The notes: generated by a model from the sequence alone, not told the origin. A stretch of DNA of 64,000 nucleotides from Hemiscyllium ocellatum (GCF_020745735.1 NC_083425.1:25593575-25657574); one strand, 5' to 3'; shown: positions 11,884-26,230, counted from the stretch's first letter. A program made the numbers and translations.

Positions 11884-12815
11884 TTCCACAGGGTCCACAC
11901 TCAACTTCCCACTTCTGTCTTTGACTGGCCCTATTCCTATCCTAGTCATCCTTTTATTCCTCAAATACCTAATGAAAGCTTTAGGGTTCTCCTTTATTCT
12001 ATTTGCTAAAGACTGTTTGTGTCCTCTCTTCGCTTTTCTTAACTCTCTCTTTAAATCCTTCCTAGCTGATCTGTAACTCTCCATCGCCTCATCTGAACCA
12101 TCTTGCCTCATCAACACATAAACCTCCTTCTGCTTAACAAGAGATGCAATTTCTGTAGTAAACCACGGTTCCCTTACCTTATCATTTCCTCCCTGCCTGA
12201 CAGGGACATACCTATCAAGGACACGCCATATCTGTTCCTTAAACCAGCTCCACATTTCCATTATCTGCATCTCCTACATTTTGCTACCCCATTCTATGCA
12301 TCCTCATTCTTGCCTAATCGCATTATAATTGCCCTTGCTCCATCGATAACTCTTGACCTGTGGCATGTACCTATCCCTTTCCATTGCTAAACTAAACATC
12401 ACTGAATTATGGTCACTCTCTCCAAAGTGCTCAACTACAACTGAATCAAACACCTGGCCTGGTTCATTACCAAGCACCAGATCCCCTATTGTTGCTCTTC
12501 GACGTACTGCGTCAGAAAACCCTCCTGTCCACATTGGACAAAAACTGATCCACCCAACGTGCTAGAGTTATAGCATTTCCAATCAATGTCGGGGAAGTTA
12601 AAGTCTTCCATTATGACCACCCTGTTCCTTTCACTCCTGCCCAGAATAATTTTGCCAATCCTCTCTTCCACCTCCCTGGAGCTCTGCAGAGGCCTATAAA
12701 AAATTCCAAGCAATGTGACCTCTCCTCTCCTGTTTCTAACCTCAGCCCACACTACCTAAGTAGACGAATCCTCATCAAAAATTCTTTCAGCCACCGTTAT
12801 ATTTTTCTTGTCTAA

Positions 12816-12900
12816 TATAGAACATAGAACATTACAGCGCAGTACAGGCCCTTCGTCTCTCGATGATGCGCCACCCTGTCATACTAATCTGAAGCCCATT
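12816..12900 (-). mobile_element. Very short CR1 3'-tail insertion
   Basis: atagaacatagaacattacagcgcagtacaggcccttcg is the same terminal motif as 10333-10385 and 35790-35840. Confidence 0.75.
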
Positions 12901-14961
12901 AACAATGCCACACCTCCCAGCCTTCCTGTTCTTAATGAAAAATCTAAACCCTGGAACCTGCAACATCCATTCCTCACCCTGCTCTATCCATTTTCTCCAA
13001 AATGGCCACAACATCGAAGTCCCAGGTACCTATCCATGCTGCAAGCTCACCGACCTTATTTCTGGCGTTGAAGTAGACACACTTCAAACCAGTTTGCTGT
13101 CTGCCAGCACATTCCTGTGACACTGAAATCCTGTCCCTGTTCTCCCTACTCTCATCCTCCTGTGCACTGCAACTACACCTCAGGTTCCCATCCCCCTGCT
13201 GAGCTAGTTTAAACCCACCCGAATAGCACCAGCAAATTTCCCACCCAAGATATTAGTACTCCTCTGGTTCAAATGAAGACCATCCTGTTTGTACAGGTCC
13301 CACCTTCCTCAGAATGAGCCCCAATTATTCAAGTACCTGAAACTCTCCCTTCTGCACCATTCTTGCAGCCCCGTGTTCAGCTGATATCTCTCCCTATTCC
13401 TTACCTTGCTATCACGTGGCACGGGTAACAAACCAGAGATCACAACTCTGTTGTTCTAGCTCTCAGCTTCCACCTAGCTCCCTGAAATCCTGGTTTACAT
13501 TCCTATCCCTCTTTCTACCGATGTTGTTGGTACCGACATGGACCACGAATTGAGATTGGTCACCATCTCCCTTCAGGACCACAAAGATACAATCTGAGAC
13601 ATAGAACACCTCACCCCCAGCAGGTTTTGTTTCACTGATATTTATATTTCTTTGTACAATAATAGATGACTCTTTCTTTGATGTGGTTTTTCATTACTTG
13701 TGAAGGCCTGAAATGCATGTTTACTGGATTGATGATCCAGTAAAAGGAGATGGACCTTCTAGCTTGCTGACCTCACAATCTACCTGCCTCCATTGCCAAG
13801 TTGGGGCACAACTCAGAGGATAAAAATATGGCAGAAGTAGGTACCGTTACCAGAGACAGAATTGTGGAATTGGGAACTTGCCCGATGACCATCTCCTTGC
13901 TGAAAATTAAGCCCTATGATAGGATTTCTTAAGATCGACATAGAAATGATGTTTCCATTTGCAGGGGAAAATAGCATTAACAGTCATAAAGGCAACAGTC
14001 ACTAATGAATCAAATAGAGAAGTCACGCAAATAGTGGTCAAGCCCATGAGTGGTTAGATTTTGAAATTTGTTACCTAACAGAGTAGTTGGAATGATTATT
14101 ATCTCTGTGCACTTTAAGATAATTCTTGGCAAATACATAAAGAAGAATGCAACAGATGAATGTGTCCATGGGGTTAGATGAAAACGGAATGAGGAGGTTC
14201 ATGTGAAAAATGAACATCAGCATAATCCTGTTGGGTTGAATGTAGACTATGTATTACCATGTAAATCTGACTTCACTGGGAGTAGTTGACTATTTGTGAC
14301 CACAGTACAGCCTGATTATTCACTAACCTCATTTGTAATTGAATAGTTGTTGTGTTTTAATTTGTTCCCTAAAATATCATTTGGCATTGTTCCATTATAG
14401 ATATGGATATGAAGGAAATGTTGAAAGGTACTGCTGTTGCAGTTGTTTATTTGGTACAGGCTGTAACAAGTTAGAAGATTGTGTTGATGTCACGGTTGCT
14501 GTTTTTGCAAGGTTTGTCGGCAAGAGTGCTGTGAGTAAAATAAATATCTGTCCCTGTGAATTGCACTTTTATTAAACTATGATAATCTTTCATTTAGATA
14601 TGTGTTGCTGTAGAAGGGATGGAACATGTCTGTCAGTTGTATTTTAACTTGTCTATTTGACAAATGTACAATATAGAAAAGTAAACAATTGAGGATACTG
14701 GAATCCAAACTAAAAACAGAAAATGCTGAAAATATTCAAGAGATGAGACAATATCTGTGGAGAATTTTAGATTTAACATTTCGCGTTGATGGACTGGGAA
14801 AATTTAGAGATTTAATAGATTTTGAATAAAGGGAAAGTGGGACAAGGACAAAAAGAAAGTCTCCTGTCGGATGAAAGACAAGAGTTTGAATGACAGAAAA
14901 GCTGGTGTTACAGGACCAAAGATAATCATGATGGGTCAAGAAAAATAATAAAAGAAATATT

Positions 14962-17900
14962 TCAAGTAGGTATGCATATGTCTTATAGAGAAAATATGGG
15001 AAGAAGGAAACAAAATAAAGGAAAAGAAGATTTGGGTAATCCAAGATGGAGGATGGGAAAAATTGTGGCTGTAAGAACTGCTCTTTTTTTGAGGTATTTT
15101 TGGTATTTGAGGTGATTTCCTTGAATTCCAGGAGCAGAAATTACTGTTTTATGTGCTGTTACATTGTTTTGGAACTTCAGGGGAAAAAAAGGTCAAAACA
15201 ATGGCACTTTAAAAAGGTGGAAAACAGACAAAGGCAGTGACTACATAGCCAGAGAAAGAAAACTATACTGGTGTCTGACACATCAGTGAATCTGCACAGT
15301 TACTGCCTTTGCTGCTTGGGTTCAAATATCTCTGGATATCGGAGTGGGTCTACAAAAAGTTAATAACAGCACAATTCATAGCTGACGTTGGATGAACTTG
15401 TGTGGGGAGAGCTCACAGTACAGGATCAGACAAGTGCATAGTTTTTGAGTGGAACCTTACTATAAATCTACAATAGTGGGTTCTTTATTGATGAGATCCA
15501 TCAATTTTAAAAATATACACAATGAGTACTAAGTTAGCCTAGAGCAGTTTTTTTTAAAGCAATAAGACAGTGCTATTTTCTGGGTGTGTAGAGTGTGAAG
15601 GAACAAAGATGGCCTTTAGTAGAGTGATGTGCTTTTCCTGTCAGAAGTGGGTGTTTAGGGAGGGTTTCCATGTTACTGATTATTATATGTGCAGAAAGTG
15701 TCTTTGGTTGTGAATCCTATCAAATCGCATGGATCTGTTGGAGCAGCAGTTAGAGGCCATGAGGAATTTACAAGAGCTAGGGGATGTGATAGCTGGCAGT
15801 CACAGGAATGGAGAAAAGCTGTAGATACAGTCAGGTGGATGAGATAATTCCAGGAAACGTAAAAGAGACACAGGTGATGTAGGAGTCTCCTATGATTATT
15901 CCCATCTCAAACCAGTATGCTGTTTTAGAAAAAGTAGGGGGTGATGGACTCTCAGGGGAATGCAGTATGAACAGCCAAGTTTCTAGTACCATGAATGGCT
16001 CTAAGGTAATGAGAGGCACGTTGGGTTCCAAGTAATCAATTGTGATAGGGAACTCTAGTCAGAGTCACAGTTAGATGTTTCTGCAGTCGACAGTGAACAA
16101 TCAGAATGGTGCGTTGCCTCACTGGTGCCAGGATCAAAGATACCTCTGAGAGGGTACAGAATGTTCTCAAAGGGGAGAGGGACCAGCAGGAGGTTGTTGT
16201 ACACATTAGAACTAATGACATAGGATGGGAAAAGGATGAGATTCTGAAGGGAGAATATAGGAAGTTATGCAGGACTTTAAAAAATAGAGGTACTCGAGAG
16301 TAGTAATATCTGGATTACTCCGGGTGCTACGAGCCAGGAAGTGTAGGAACAGGAGGATAGAGCAAATGATTGTGTGGCTGAGAAGCTGGTGCAGGGGAGA
16401 AGGGTTCACATTTTTGGATCATTGGAATCTCTTCTGGAGTAGAAGCGATATGTTCAAGAAGAACGGATTGCACCTGAATTGGAAGGGGACTAATATACTG
16501 GCAGGGAGAGTTGCTAGAGCTGCTTGGGAGGATTTAAACTAGCGGGTGGGGGGTTGGGACCCAGGGAAATATTGAGGAAAGAAATCAGTCTGAGACTAGT
16601 ATATTTGGGAAAAGGAATGAGTCAAACTGTCAGGGCAAGCAGGAAGAAAGCAGAGAACAAGTTAGGATTGATAAATTAAACTGCTCTTATTTCAATGCAA
16701 GAGGCCTAACAGGGAAGATAGATGAACTCAGGGCATAGATAGGAACATGGGACTGGAATTTAATAGCAATTACAGAGATGTTGCTGGATGTCTTAAAATG
16801 CGTTAAGGTGACTATATCCCTAGGATCTGATTAAGTGATTGCTGGGCCCATTGCTGAGGCACAGTGGTTAGCACTGCTGCCTCACAGCGCCTGAGACCTG
16901 GTTTCAATTCCCGACTCAGGCGACAGACTGTGTGGAATTTGCACATTCTCCCTGTGTCTGCGTGGGTTTCCTCTGGGTACTCCGGTTTCCTCCCACAGTC
17001 CAAAGATGTGCAGGTCAGGTGAATTGGCCACGCTAAATTGCCCGTAGTGTTAGGTAAGGGGTAAATGTAGGGGTATGGGTGGGTTGCGCTTCGGTGGGTC
17101 GGTGTGGACTTGTAGGGCCGAAGGGCCTGTTTCCACACTGTAAGTAATCTAATCTAATCTAAAAAGTAATCTAATTTGTATCATCGATAGTCATAGCTGA
17201 GATGCTGGAAGCCTGGAGGTTGGCTAACGTGGTGCCACTATTTCAGAAAGGTGAGAGAACTAGAGACCAGTGAGCCTGACATCAGTGCTGGGCATGTTAT
17301 TGGAGGGAATCCTAAGGGACAGGATTTACATGCATTCGGAAGGGCAAGGACTGATTAGGTATAGTGGACATTGTGTGTGGGACATCATGTCTCACGAACT
17401 TGATTGAGTTTTTTGAAGAAGTAATGAAGAGGATTGATGAGGGCAGAGCGCTGAATGTGATCTATATGGACTTCAGTAAAGCGTTCAACAAGGTTCCTCA
17501 TGGTAGACTGGTTATTAATGTTAGATCACATGGAATATGGGGAATCTAGCCATTTGGCTACAGAACTGACTCGAAAGTAGAAGACAGAGAGTGGTGGTGG
17601 AGGGTTGCATTTCACATCGGAAGCCTGTGACCAGTGGTGTGTCACAAGGATTTGTGCTGGGTCCACTGCTTTTTGTCATTTATTTAAGTGATTTGGATAT
17701 GAACATAGGAAGTATAGTTAGTAAGTTTGCAGATAACACCAGAATTGGAGTCTGTAGTGGACAGCGAAGAAGGTTACGTCAGAGTACAACAGGAATCTTG
17801 ATCAGATGGGCCAATGGGCTGAGGAATGGCAGATGGAATTTAATTTAGATAAATGCGAGGTGCTGCATTTTGGAAAGGTAAGTCAGAGGAGGGCTTATAC

Positions 17901-18630
17901 ACTTAATGGTAAGGTCCTGGGGAGTATTGCTAAAGAGTCCTTGGAGTTCAAGTTCATAATTCCTTGAAAGTTGAGTAGCTTGTAGATAAGATAGTGAAGA
18001 AGGCATTTGGTGTGCTTTCCTTTATTGGACAGAGCATTGAGTATAGGAGTCGAGAGGTCATGTTGTGGCTGTACAGGACATTGGTTCAGCCAGTTTTGGA
18101 ATATTGTGTGCAATACTGATCTCCCTCCTATCAGAATGATGTTGTGAAACTTGAAAGGGTTCAGAAGAGATTTACAAGAATGTTGCCAGAGTTGGAGGAT
18201 TTGAGCCATAGGGAGAGGCTGGGGCTGTTTTCCCTGGAGCATCAGAGACTGAGGGGTTACCTTATAGGAATTTATAAAATGATGAGGGCTATGGATAGGG
18301 TAAATAGATAAGGTCTTTTCCCTGGGTGGTGTGAGTTCACAACTAGAGGGCATAGGTTTCGGGTGAGAGTAGAAAAATTTAAAAGGGACCTCATGGGCAA
18401 CATTTTCACACTGAGCTGGTGCATGTATGGAATGGGCAGCTAGAGGAAGTGGTGGAGGCTGGTACAATTACAACATTTAAAAGGCATCTGAATGAGTATA
18501 TGAATAGGAAGAGTATAGAGGGATGTGGGCCAAGTGCTGGCAAATGGGACTAGATTAGGTTCGGATGTCTGGTCAGCATGGATGAGTTGACTGAAGGGTC
18601 TGTGTCCATGCTGCATATCTCTATGACTCT
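14962..18630 (+). mobile_element. CR1 LINE with 5'UTR, ORF1 (Zn-finger/coiled coil plus SGNH esterase) and internally deleted ORF2
   Basis: ORF1 from 15609: MAFSRVMCFSCQKW..YICRKC; then CLTGARIKD..VVVHIRTNDIG..GLHLNWKGTNIL (to 16542). ORF2 shows SCLTNLIEFFE..MDFSKAFNKVPH, SGVSQGFVLGPLLF, FADN. (ATCTCTATG)-type tail ~18615-18630. Confidence 0.9.
16858..17165 (+). mobile_element. tRNA-derived V-SINE (HE1-type elasmobranch SINE)
   Basis: A box ggcacagtggttagcac, B box ggtttcaattcc, V-domain ctgcgtgggtttcctc..ccggtttcctcccacagtccaaagatgtgcagg, CR1-derived tail gggccgaagggcctgtttcc, and (AATCT)n. Confidence 0.9.
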
Positions 18631-20199
18631 ATTGAATATAGAAAATGAGATCTTATGAGAAGTTTCATACAGTACTGTAGAAATCTTCTCTGAAGAGCTC
18701 ATCATAACAAATTTCTGAAAATCACATTGTTCTATAACTGTAATTAACCTAACATCAAAATCTTCAATGGGTTGCCAAAGAATGAGTATGTTTCACACCC
18801 TGTAAATTTGCACATCAACTTGTTATCATGGTGGTTTTATTTTGCACATACATATGCTACATTTGATGATATCTCCCTTGAACTATCCATTTGTGGAAGT
18901 CTGCAGGTGGTTACACATTCCATTTTGAAACGTGAATGCAAGATCCATCTTAAATATGAGCTGTGCCACTTTGAGATTATCTGGAAAGGCCATGATACAA
19001 TATCATAATTTTGAATATTAAGAGTCTGAAAAGAGAAATGAAAGTTTAATACATTATCTTTCAGTGCAGAATTTTGTAGTAGTTATTATGCTATTTGCCA
19101 CTTTGGCTTAAGAAAAATTAATCAAATTTGAGTCATAATATCGACCCTTCAGAACAACAATACCCAAGCATATCTCAGTTTCTGCTTCTAATCCAAACTG
19201 TCCTTGCCTAGCAGTTCCTAATTCTTCTGATCAAAATGGTCATTCAGCAGGAAAAGTACATTCTTGGCATTGCAAAATATTGTTGATCTCTCTTCTCACT
19301 AGTTTTTTTTTGTTGAACATATTGCACTATCGTAACTGACTAGGAGTTTTCTTTCTCGACTTAAAAATCAGAAACTTTTTTTTAATAATTCAGTCATGCA
19401 GAATCACATTGTTCTCAGAAACTGAAGAACAAAATCTTTATCCAAATGCAGCCACTAAAAGCACATTTCTAAAGTTAAATCACTGAGCAGTTACCTCTGT
19501 AACAGAAGTTGCTATGTAATATTCAAAATTTACCTCAAAATACACTACAAATGAGTATTAATAAATGTCAAATCGCATACATATGTTGCGTATATCCATG
19601 AAGTTGGGATTATGTAAAAGAGTATTAGGTGGAACTGGAAGACAAATTAAATACTGTAAACCTGCAGCACGTCATGGAGTTTCCATGCAAGTAATTTGCA
19701 TTTGCATGACAAGTGTAGGTTGAAATGTTAGAGCTGGCCTTTTATTTCTGTTCAGCTGATAGCTAATCAGGCGCTTTAAACTAAACGTCTTACGCCATTG
19801 TTTCACATCTGAAAGCTAATGTTAGTTCCAGTGATATGCACACAGACAATACTTTATCAACAAAGGACTGGGCAGGAGGGAAAAGATAAGTTTAAAAATC
19901 TAAATGATATTTGCATTTTCCAATCGTGCGTACTTAAAAAATTCCAGTCTGGCTGAGATGTTTAATTAATCTACTTGAACCATTTGAAAGGTTTCATTCT
20001 GTCCTTTGAATAAAACATTAGCAACAGATTATTTTACAATTCTGCAGAGCTTCAAGAAATGCAGTGCCAGAGTGCCTTTCTCCACTTCTGGAGGATCACC
20101 AGAAAGAGACCAATGTTTTCTATGATTTCATTCACTATTGTCTGAAATTATGAAGAAATTGCCTTCTTTACATTATAATTGTTTATTTGTGTTCCTAAA

Positions 20200-22295
20200 C
20201 AACAAAAACAAATATGGCACCTTTAAACATAACAAAATGTTGGAAGATGCACCACAGGATCATAATAAAGCAAAAGTACTGTATGACAGTGAACCTTCTA
20301 AAGAGGCATTAGATCAAGTGGCTGAAAGCTTAGTCAAAGAGGTGGGATGTTTTAACAAGTGGCTTAAAGGAGGGAAATGAGGAAAAGAGGTGTATCCAGA
20401 GCTTAATACTTATGCAACTGAAGAAAGAATGTCCACCAGTGATAAGTCAATAAACATCGAGGGGTTCAAGATGCCAGAAGTAGATGGCACAGGTATCTCA
20501 GAGGGTCATGTGATTGGAGGACATTACAGTGTTAGGTAGAGGCAAGGTCACGGAGAAATTTGAAAACGAGGATCAGGATTTTAAAATAAAAAGATTCCTG
20601 GCCAAGACACAATATGTGTGAATGAAAACAGAGATGAAAGGGAGGACGGAAAGGAAATGATGCATGTTAAGACATCACCTGCGGAGGTTTGGAATTGTCA
20701 ATATTTAGAGTTACAAGGCACAAATAAAGGTTTCAACAGCAGGTGAAGTAAGATATGAGTTTCAGCGATACTACATCGGTAGAAATAAGCAGTCTTACTG
20801 ATGATGAAATTATAAGAGTAGAAGCTCATCCTTGGGTCAGATATGACAGCAAGGTTGTGGTCAGATAAGCTTACTCTCAGACTATTACCAACTAGAGTCA
20901 AAGAGTCATAGAGATGTGCAGCACGGAAACAGATCCTTCGGTCCACTTGTCCATGCGACCTAGATATCCAAATTCAATCTAGTCCCATCTGCGAGCACCC
21001 AGTCCATAACCCTCCAAACCTTCCTATTTATATGCTCATCCAGATGCCTTTTAAATGTTGCAATTGTACTAGCCTCCACCTCTTCCTCTGGCAGTTCATT
21101 CCATACAAGTACCACCCTCTGCATGAAAACGTTGCTCCTTAGGACTCTTTTATATCTTTTTCCTCTCACCCTAAACCTATGCCCTCTAGTTCTGGATTCC
21201 CCCACCCCAGGGAAGAGACTTTGTCTATTTATCCTATCCATGACCCTCATGATTTTATAAATCTCTATAAGGTCACCTGTCAGCCTCCGACACTCCAGGG
21301 AAAATGGCCCCAGCCTATTCAGCCTATCCCTGTAGCTCAAATCCTCCAACCCTGGCAACATCCTTATAATTTTTTTCTGAACCCTTTCAAGTTTCACAAC
21401 ATCTTTCCAAAAGGAAGGAGACCAGAACTGCACGCAATATTCCAACAGTGGGCTAACCAATGTCCTGTACAGCCACAACATGGCCTCCCAACTCCTGTAC
21501 CCAATACTCTGACCAATAAAGGAAAGCATACCAAACACCTTCTTCACTATCCTATCTACCTGCAATTCCACTTTCAAGAAGCTATGAACCTGCACTCCAA
21601 GGTCTCTTTGTTCAGCAACACTCCCTAGGACCTTATCATTAAGTGTATAATCCTGCTAAGATTTGCTTTCCCAAATTGCAGCACCTTGCTTTTATCTAAA
21701 TTAAACTCCATCTGCCACTTCTCAGCCCTTTGGCCCATATGATCAAGATCCCATTGTAATGGATGGAATTGTAAAACAGATTTTAGAGGTGGGACTGAAA
21801 ACTATTATTTCAGTCTTCCCAATATGTAATTGGAAGAAATCTTTGCTAATCTAGAATTGTATGTCTGATAATCAACGTGATAATTTTTCAACAATGGAGG
21901 GATTGAGAGACGTGGTGGTGAAATGGAATTGAGTTTGTCAACTTGCATATGAAAATTAAAACAGTGCTTTTGAATGATGTCACTGAATGTCAATACGTAG
22001 ATGAGATGCAAGAGGGGGTGCAAAGAATCCACGGGGGGACAGATGTAAGGGTGTGAGTGCAAGAAGAGAAACCATTGCAAGTGACACTCTGGATAGAATT
22101 GTGCAGCTGAGAATTGTCCCAATTAAAATAAGTCCTACACGGTTGGATGGCAGTGGAAAGATGTTGGAGGAAGATCATATCATTGGTCATGTCAAAGCCT
22201 GCAGTCAGGTCAAGAAAGAGAAGAAGGAAAAATATACCTTTGCTGCAGTCACATGGAATGTAAGTTGTGGCTTTGACCAGTCCTGTTTCCATAAT
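20200..22295 (-). mobile_element. Old L2 LINE fragment split by a CR1 insertion
   Basis: ETGLVKAT..CDCSKG..LLFLDLTAGFD (L2 RT, 22292-21990), FHMQVD (decayed YADD region) and ISKTAYFY..IA (20700-20890). Confidence 0.75.
20895..21760 (-). mobile_element. CR1 LINE 3' part
   Basis: ORF 20960..21595 YRTLVSPLLEYCVQFWSP..WNELPEE; tail at 20895-20915. Confidence 0.92.
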
Positions 22296-23409
22296 AGAAC
22301 AAACATAACATTTTCACCCACTTGTTGTAAAAAAACCTGGGATGAAAATTGTCTAGTCCTGCAAGCCAAACATTCTTTCCCGCTTTTATTTTCTCAATTG
22401 CTATTTTTTTTTATGAGTCTCCATCCCCAATTCAGTAGTTTAAATTTATTCTAAAATAATCTGGGCTTATAAATACAGTACATTATTTCTCTTAAATATA
22501 TATGTTCTGTCTATCATAGAGTCTTTTAAAAAAATCCACCAATTAAGAGTTGCTTCAGCTTCCTGCTGAAGTTCAATGCCCAGATTAATCAGTGCAGATT
22601 TATTGTCATTTTGGGCATGTTGCCAATGGCCTTCAGAAAATGATTGCACTATCACAAGGACATAGCCCAGTACAATACTCAGTGATCACCTGCAAAACAT
22701 TTTCAACTGGAATCAGATCTGTCTGCTTTGTCCAGTGAGTTTTAAAGTCTACGTATTTTATCTGAAAGGAACAAATATTTTTAAAATGACTAATTGAAGC
22801 TTATGCAGTTGCTCTTCCTCCTACACAATTGCACAAAGATAATTTGTTTACTGTATGCATCTAGAATTCTTGCAAAATTACACAGGTTACAACTTGCCAA
22901 CATCCCCCTTGTTCGTATTTAATGAATAATTGACATTTCAATGTTGGCTAAATATTCACAGACAAATGCTGGCTTTTTACTTTCACAACAACTTAATTGG
23001 ATAATTCTATTGTGTCATATTGATGAAATTGGTAGGTATTTTGGGCAGGGTTTTTGCATTATCCGGGGGTGGAAACAGATAGGCAGGTGCATAATTTTGC
23101 GCTGCCAGCTGATGAAATTCTCAACGTCATTTTGCACAAGAATGGAAGGATGGTGACAGCAAACACCCAATTCAGACCAATGTACAATTAAACTTGTGAA
23201 TATGCTTATCAGTTTGTAAATAGCCAGTTTGAGATTTTTTATGGAAAATCACGGAATCTGTTTTAGATCTGGAACAGCCCAAGTGAAAGGTGGAAACAAG
23301 ACTGTGGGAAGCAAATCAAGGTTGGTCTGTGAACTCATAAAAGGGCACATGGTTGACCATTAGGTGAATAACTGAGCTGAGCAAGTGATCGTTGCACATT
23401 TGAACAATT

Positions 23410-26230
23410 TTTTTTCATTCACTCGTGGAATGAGGCATTGCTGGTTAGGCTAGCATTTTTTCATATCCTTAATTGCTTTGCAGAAGTTAGTGATGAGCTA
23501 CCCTCCCGAACCACTACAGTCACTGAGTGTAGGAATACCCATAGTGCTGTAAGGAATTTTGATCCAGCAACATTGGAAGAATGTTGATATTGTCAAGATG
23601 ATGTGTGTCTTTATTTCCAGTATATCTGCTGCCCTTGTGCTTCTTGGTGCTACAGGTTGCAGGATTGGAAAATGATGTCAAAGGAGTCTTCAGATACTGC
23701 AGTTCATTGTGTAGGTGCTACTGATGCATAGATGCATAGATGCATCATTGTTCTTTGCAGAATGTGAACACAGTAGTTGAATTACACAAATTCCTAGGTC
23801 CTGACCTGCTCCATTAGTTGCAGTGTTTATAGAAACAGTTGAGTTCAGTTTCTGGTCAATGGTGACCCCAGGATCTGATACTGGGGGATTCAGAGATATT
23901 ATGCCATTGAGCATCAAGGGACAATAGTTAGATTCTGTCTTGCTGGAGATGGTCATTGCCTGTCATTCATGTACCATGAATATTGCTTGCCATTTATCAG
24001 CCAAAACCAGGATATTGTCAAGGTCCAGCTTCATCTAGGCATGTCCTGCTTCAGTGTAGGAGGAGTCACAAATGGTGCTGAATTTTGTGTGATCGTCAAT
24101 GAACAGCCCAAATTCTGACCTTAGAATGGACTGAAGTTAATTGATGAAGCAGTTGAAGTCCTGAGGCTGAGGTTATTGACCTCCAGTAACCACATTCATT
24201 TTCCTTTAAATACGGTATGACTCTACGAGTGGAAACATTTTCCCCTGATTCCCATTAACATCAACTTTTCTAGGGCTCCTTGATTCCATACTGAGTCAAA
24301 TGCTGCATGGATGCACAGGGCAGTTGCTCCTCATCTCTGGAGTTCAGTTCTTTTAACCATGTTTAGACTAAAGCTGTAATGAGACCGGACCGAAGTGGTC
24401 TTGGCTGAAACTAAATTCTGCCAGTGCGAAGGTTGTTTATTAGATCATTAGATTGATTTCTTTCTAAGCACCATTTGATGTCATTGTCACCAAACGCTTT
24501 CATCATTTTGCTGGTGACTTGTGACTAAACTGATAGGATTTTAAATAGTTGGGTTGCATTTATCCTGTTTCCCAGCATAAGACATACCTGGGTCATTCCC
24601 TACATTGTCAGGTCAATGCTAGTGTTATAGCTTACTGAAGAACCAGCTTGTTCTGCAGCACGTCTTCAGGACTATTACCAAACTTTTGTTCGGTCCCATA
24701 GACTTTACAACGTCTAATGTCTTCAGCCATATGTTCATATTATAGAGTGAATTGAATTTTCTAAAGATTGGTGTCTGTGATGCTGGGAAATCTCAGGAAG
24801 AGATCAAAATATTATCCACTCAGCACTTCTAGTTGAAGATGGATGCAAATGTTTCATCCTTGCCTTTTGCACTGATGTGTGGGACTTCCCCATCAGTGAG
24901 GATGTGGACATCTGCAGAGCTTCCATCCCTTTTTAGTTGCTGAGTTATTCACCATCATTCAAAACTGATGTGGTAATGCTGCAGACCTGATTGGTTGGTT
25001 GTGGATTGCTTAGCAATATATTTGCATGCTACTTCTGCTGTTTGACATGCAAATAGCTTGTAGCTTCACCAGACAGATGCCTCATTTTTAGGTATGCCTA
25101 GGGGCTGCTACTGGCATGCCCTGCTGTACTCTTCACTTAGTTGGGGTTGATCCCCTAGCTTGGTTGTAATGGTAAATTGGGGTCATGACGTTACAGATTA
25201 TAGCTGAATACAGTCTGCTGCTGTTACTGCACTATAATGCCTCATGGATACCAGTTTTTGACTTGCTAGATCTGATCAAAGTCTGACCCATTTAGCTTGA
25301 TCCTGCCACACAACAAGATGGAGGTTATCTTCAAGTAAAAATGGAATTTTGTTTCTACACAAATGACGACGATCACTCTGAACAACCATCATGGATAGAT
25401 GCATCTGCAACAATTAGACAATTGGTGATGACAATGGCAAGTTGACATTTGTCTATATTTGATTTCCTCACCATATGTCATGGATGCAGTCCAGCAGCTC
25501 TGATTTTAGGACTAAGCCAGCTTGGTCAATACTTGACTCTTAGTGTTGGACATTGTGGACTCCCATCCAGAGTACATTCTGTACCCTAGCCACTCACTGT
25601 ACTTCCTCAAGTATTCCTAATTTATCAGAGCTGAAAATGTGTTGCTGGAAAAGCGCAGCAAGACAGGCAGCATCCAAGGAACAGGAAATTCGACGTTTCG
25701 GGCATAAGCCTTCATCAGCTCTGATCTCCAGCATCTGCAGACCTCACTTTCTCCTCGGAATTTCCTGCTCCTTGGATGCTGCCTAACCTGCTGCACTTTT
25801 CCAGCAACATATTTTCAGCTCTGATCTCCAGCATCTGCAGACCTCACTTTCTCCTTCCTAATTTATCAACCAAGATGGAGCAGTAGATCGTAATCACCAG
25901 AAGATTTCCTTGCTCCTGTTTGACCTGATGCCATGAGTCTTCACAGGGTTCAAAGTCAATGTTAATGGCATGTAGGACAACTCCTTCCTAACGACACATT
26001 AAGGTGTCGCCATCTTTGACTGGTCTGTCCCCCTGGTGAGACAGGACATTGCCAGACATGATGGTGAAAGTGTCTGGGACATTGTCTGTAAGATATGATT
26101 CTGAGAGTATGATTGTCAGGATATTGCTTGATTACTCTGTGGTATAGTTCTCCCAATTCTGGCCTATCCCCTAGATGCTGGTAAGGAGGACTTTGCCACG
26201 TTCACAGGGCTGATTCTGTCATTGTTTCTC
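23410..26230 (-). mobile_element. Ancient highly decayed non-LTR retrotransposon (clade uncertain, RTEX-like)
   Basis: The 3' tail is shared with 9040-9355 and others. PGVTIDQKLN is seen at ~23860, and a homologous piece lies at 38640-39130 (+). Confidence 0.55.
25628..25854. mobile_element. Family-C Penelope pLTR fold-back insertion with internal duplication
   Basis: 14-bp TSD ttcctaatttatca at 25614-25627 and 25855-25868. Contains an inverted arm, a duplicated ~38-bp tail and a forward arm. Confidence 0.9.

Larger units (their letters stand above)
10333..13625 (-). mobile_element. CR1 LINE (ORF1 esterase part, ORF2 endonuclease and C-terminus; RT core missing), with nested inserts
   Basis: (TTCTATG)n tail at ~10333-10353. 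ORF track gives VQRRFIRMLP..WNSLP, VTLLGIFYRP..VVIMEDFNFPDIDW and DLVLGNEPGQV..SDHN. Confidence 0.9.

Noticed and set aside
14401-14427. 27-nt AG..GT flanked candidate microexon in the SDK2 intron
   Set aside because: In the required phase 0 it reads I-W-I-stop and the donor (gtactg) is weak; no support.
16858-16925. tRNA gene
   Set aside because: The A/B boxes belong to a SINE head that continues into the V-domain and LINE tail; there is no cloverleaf or terminator.
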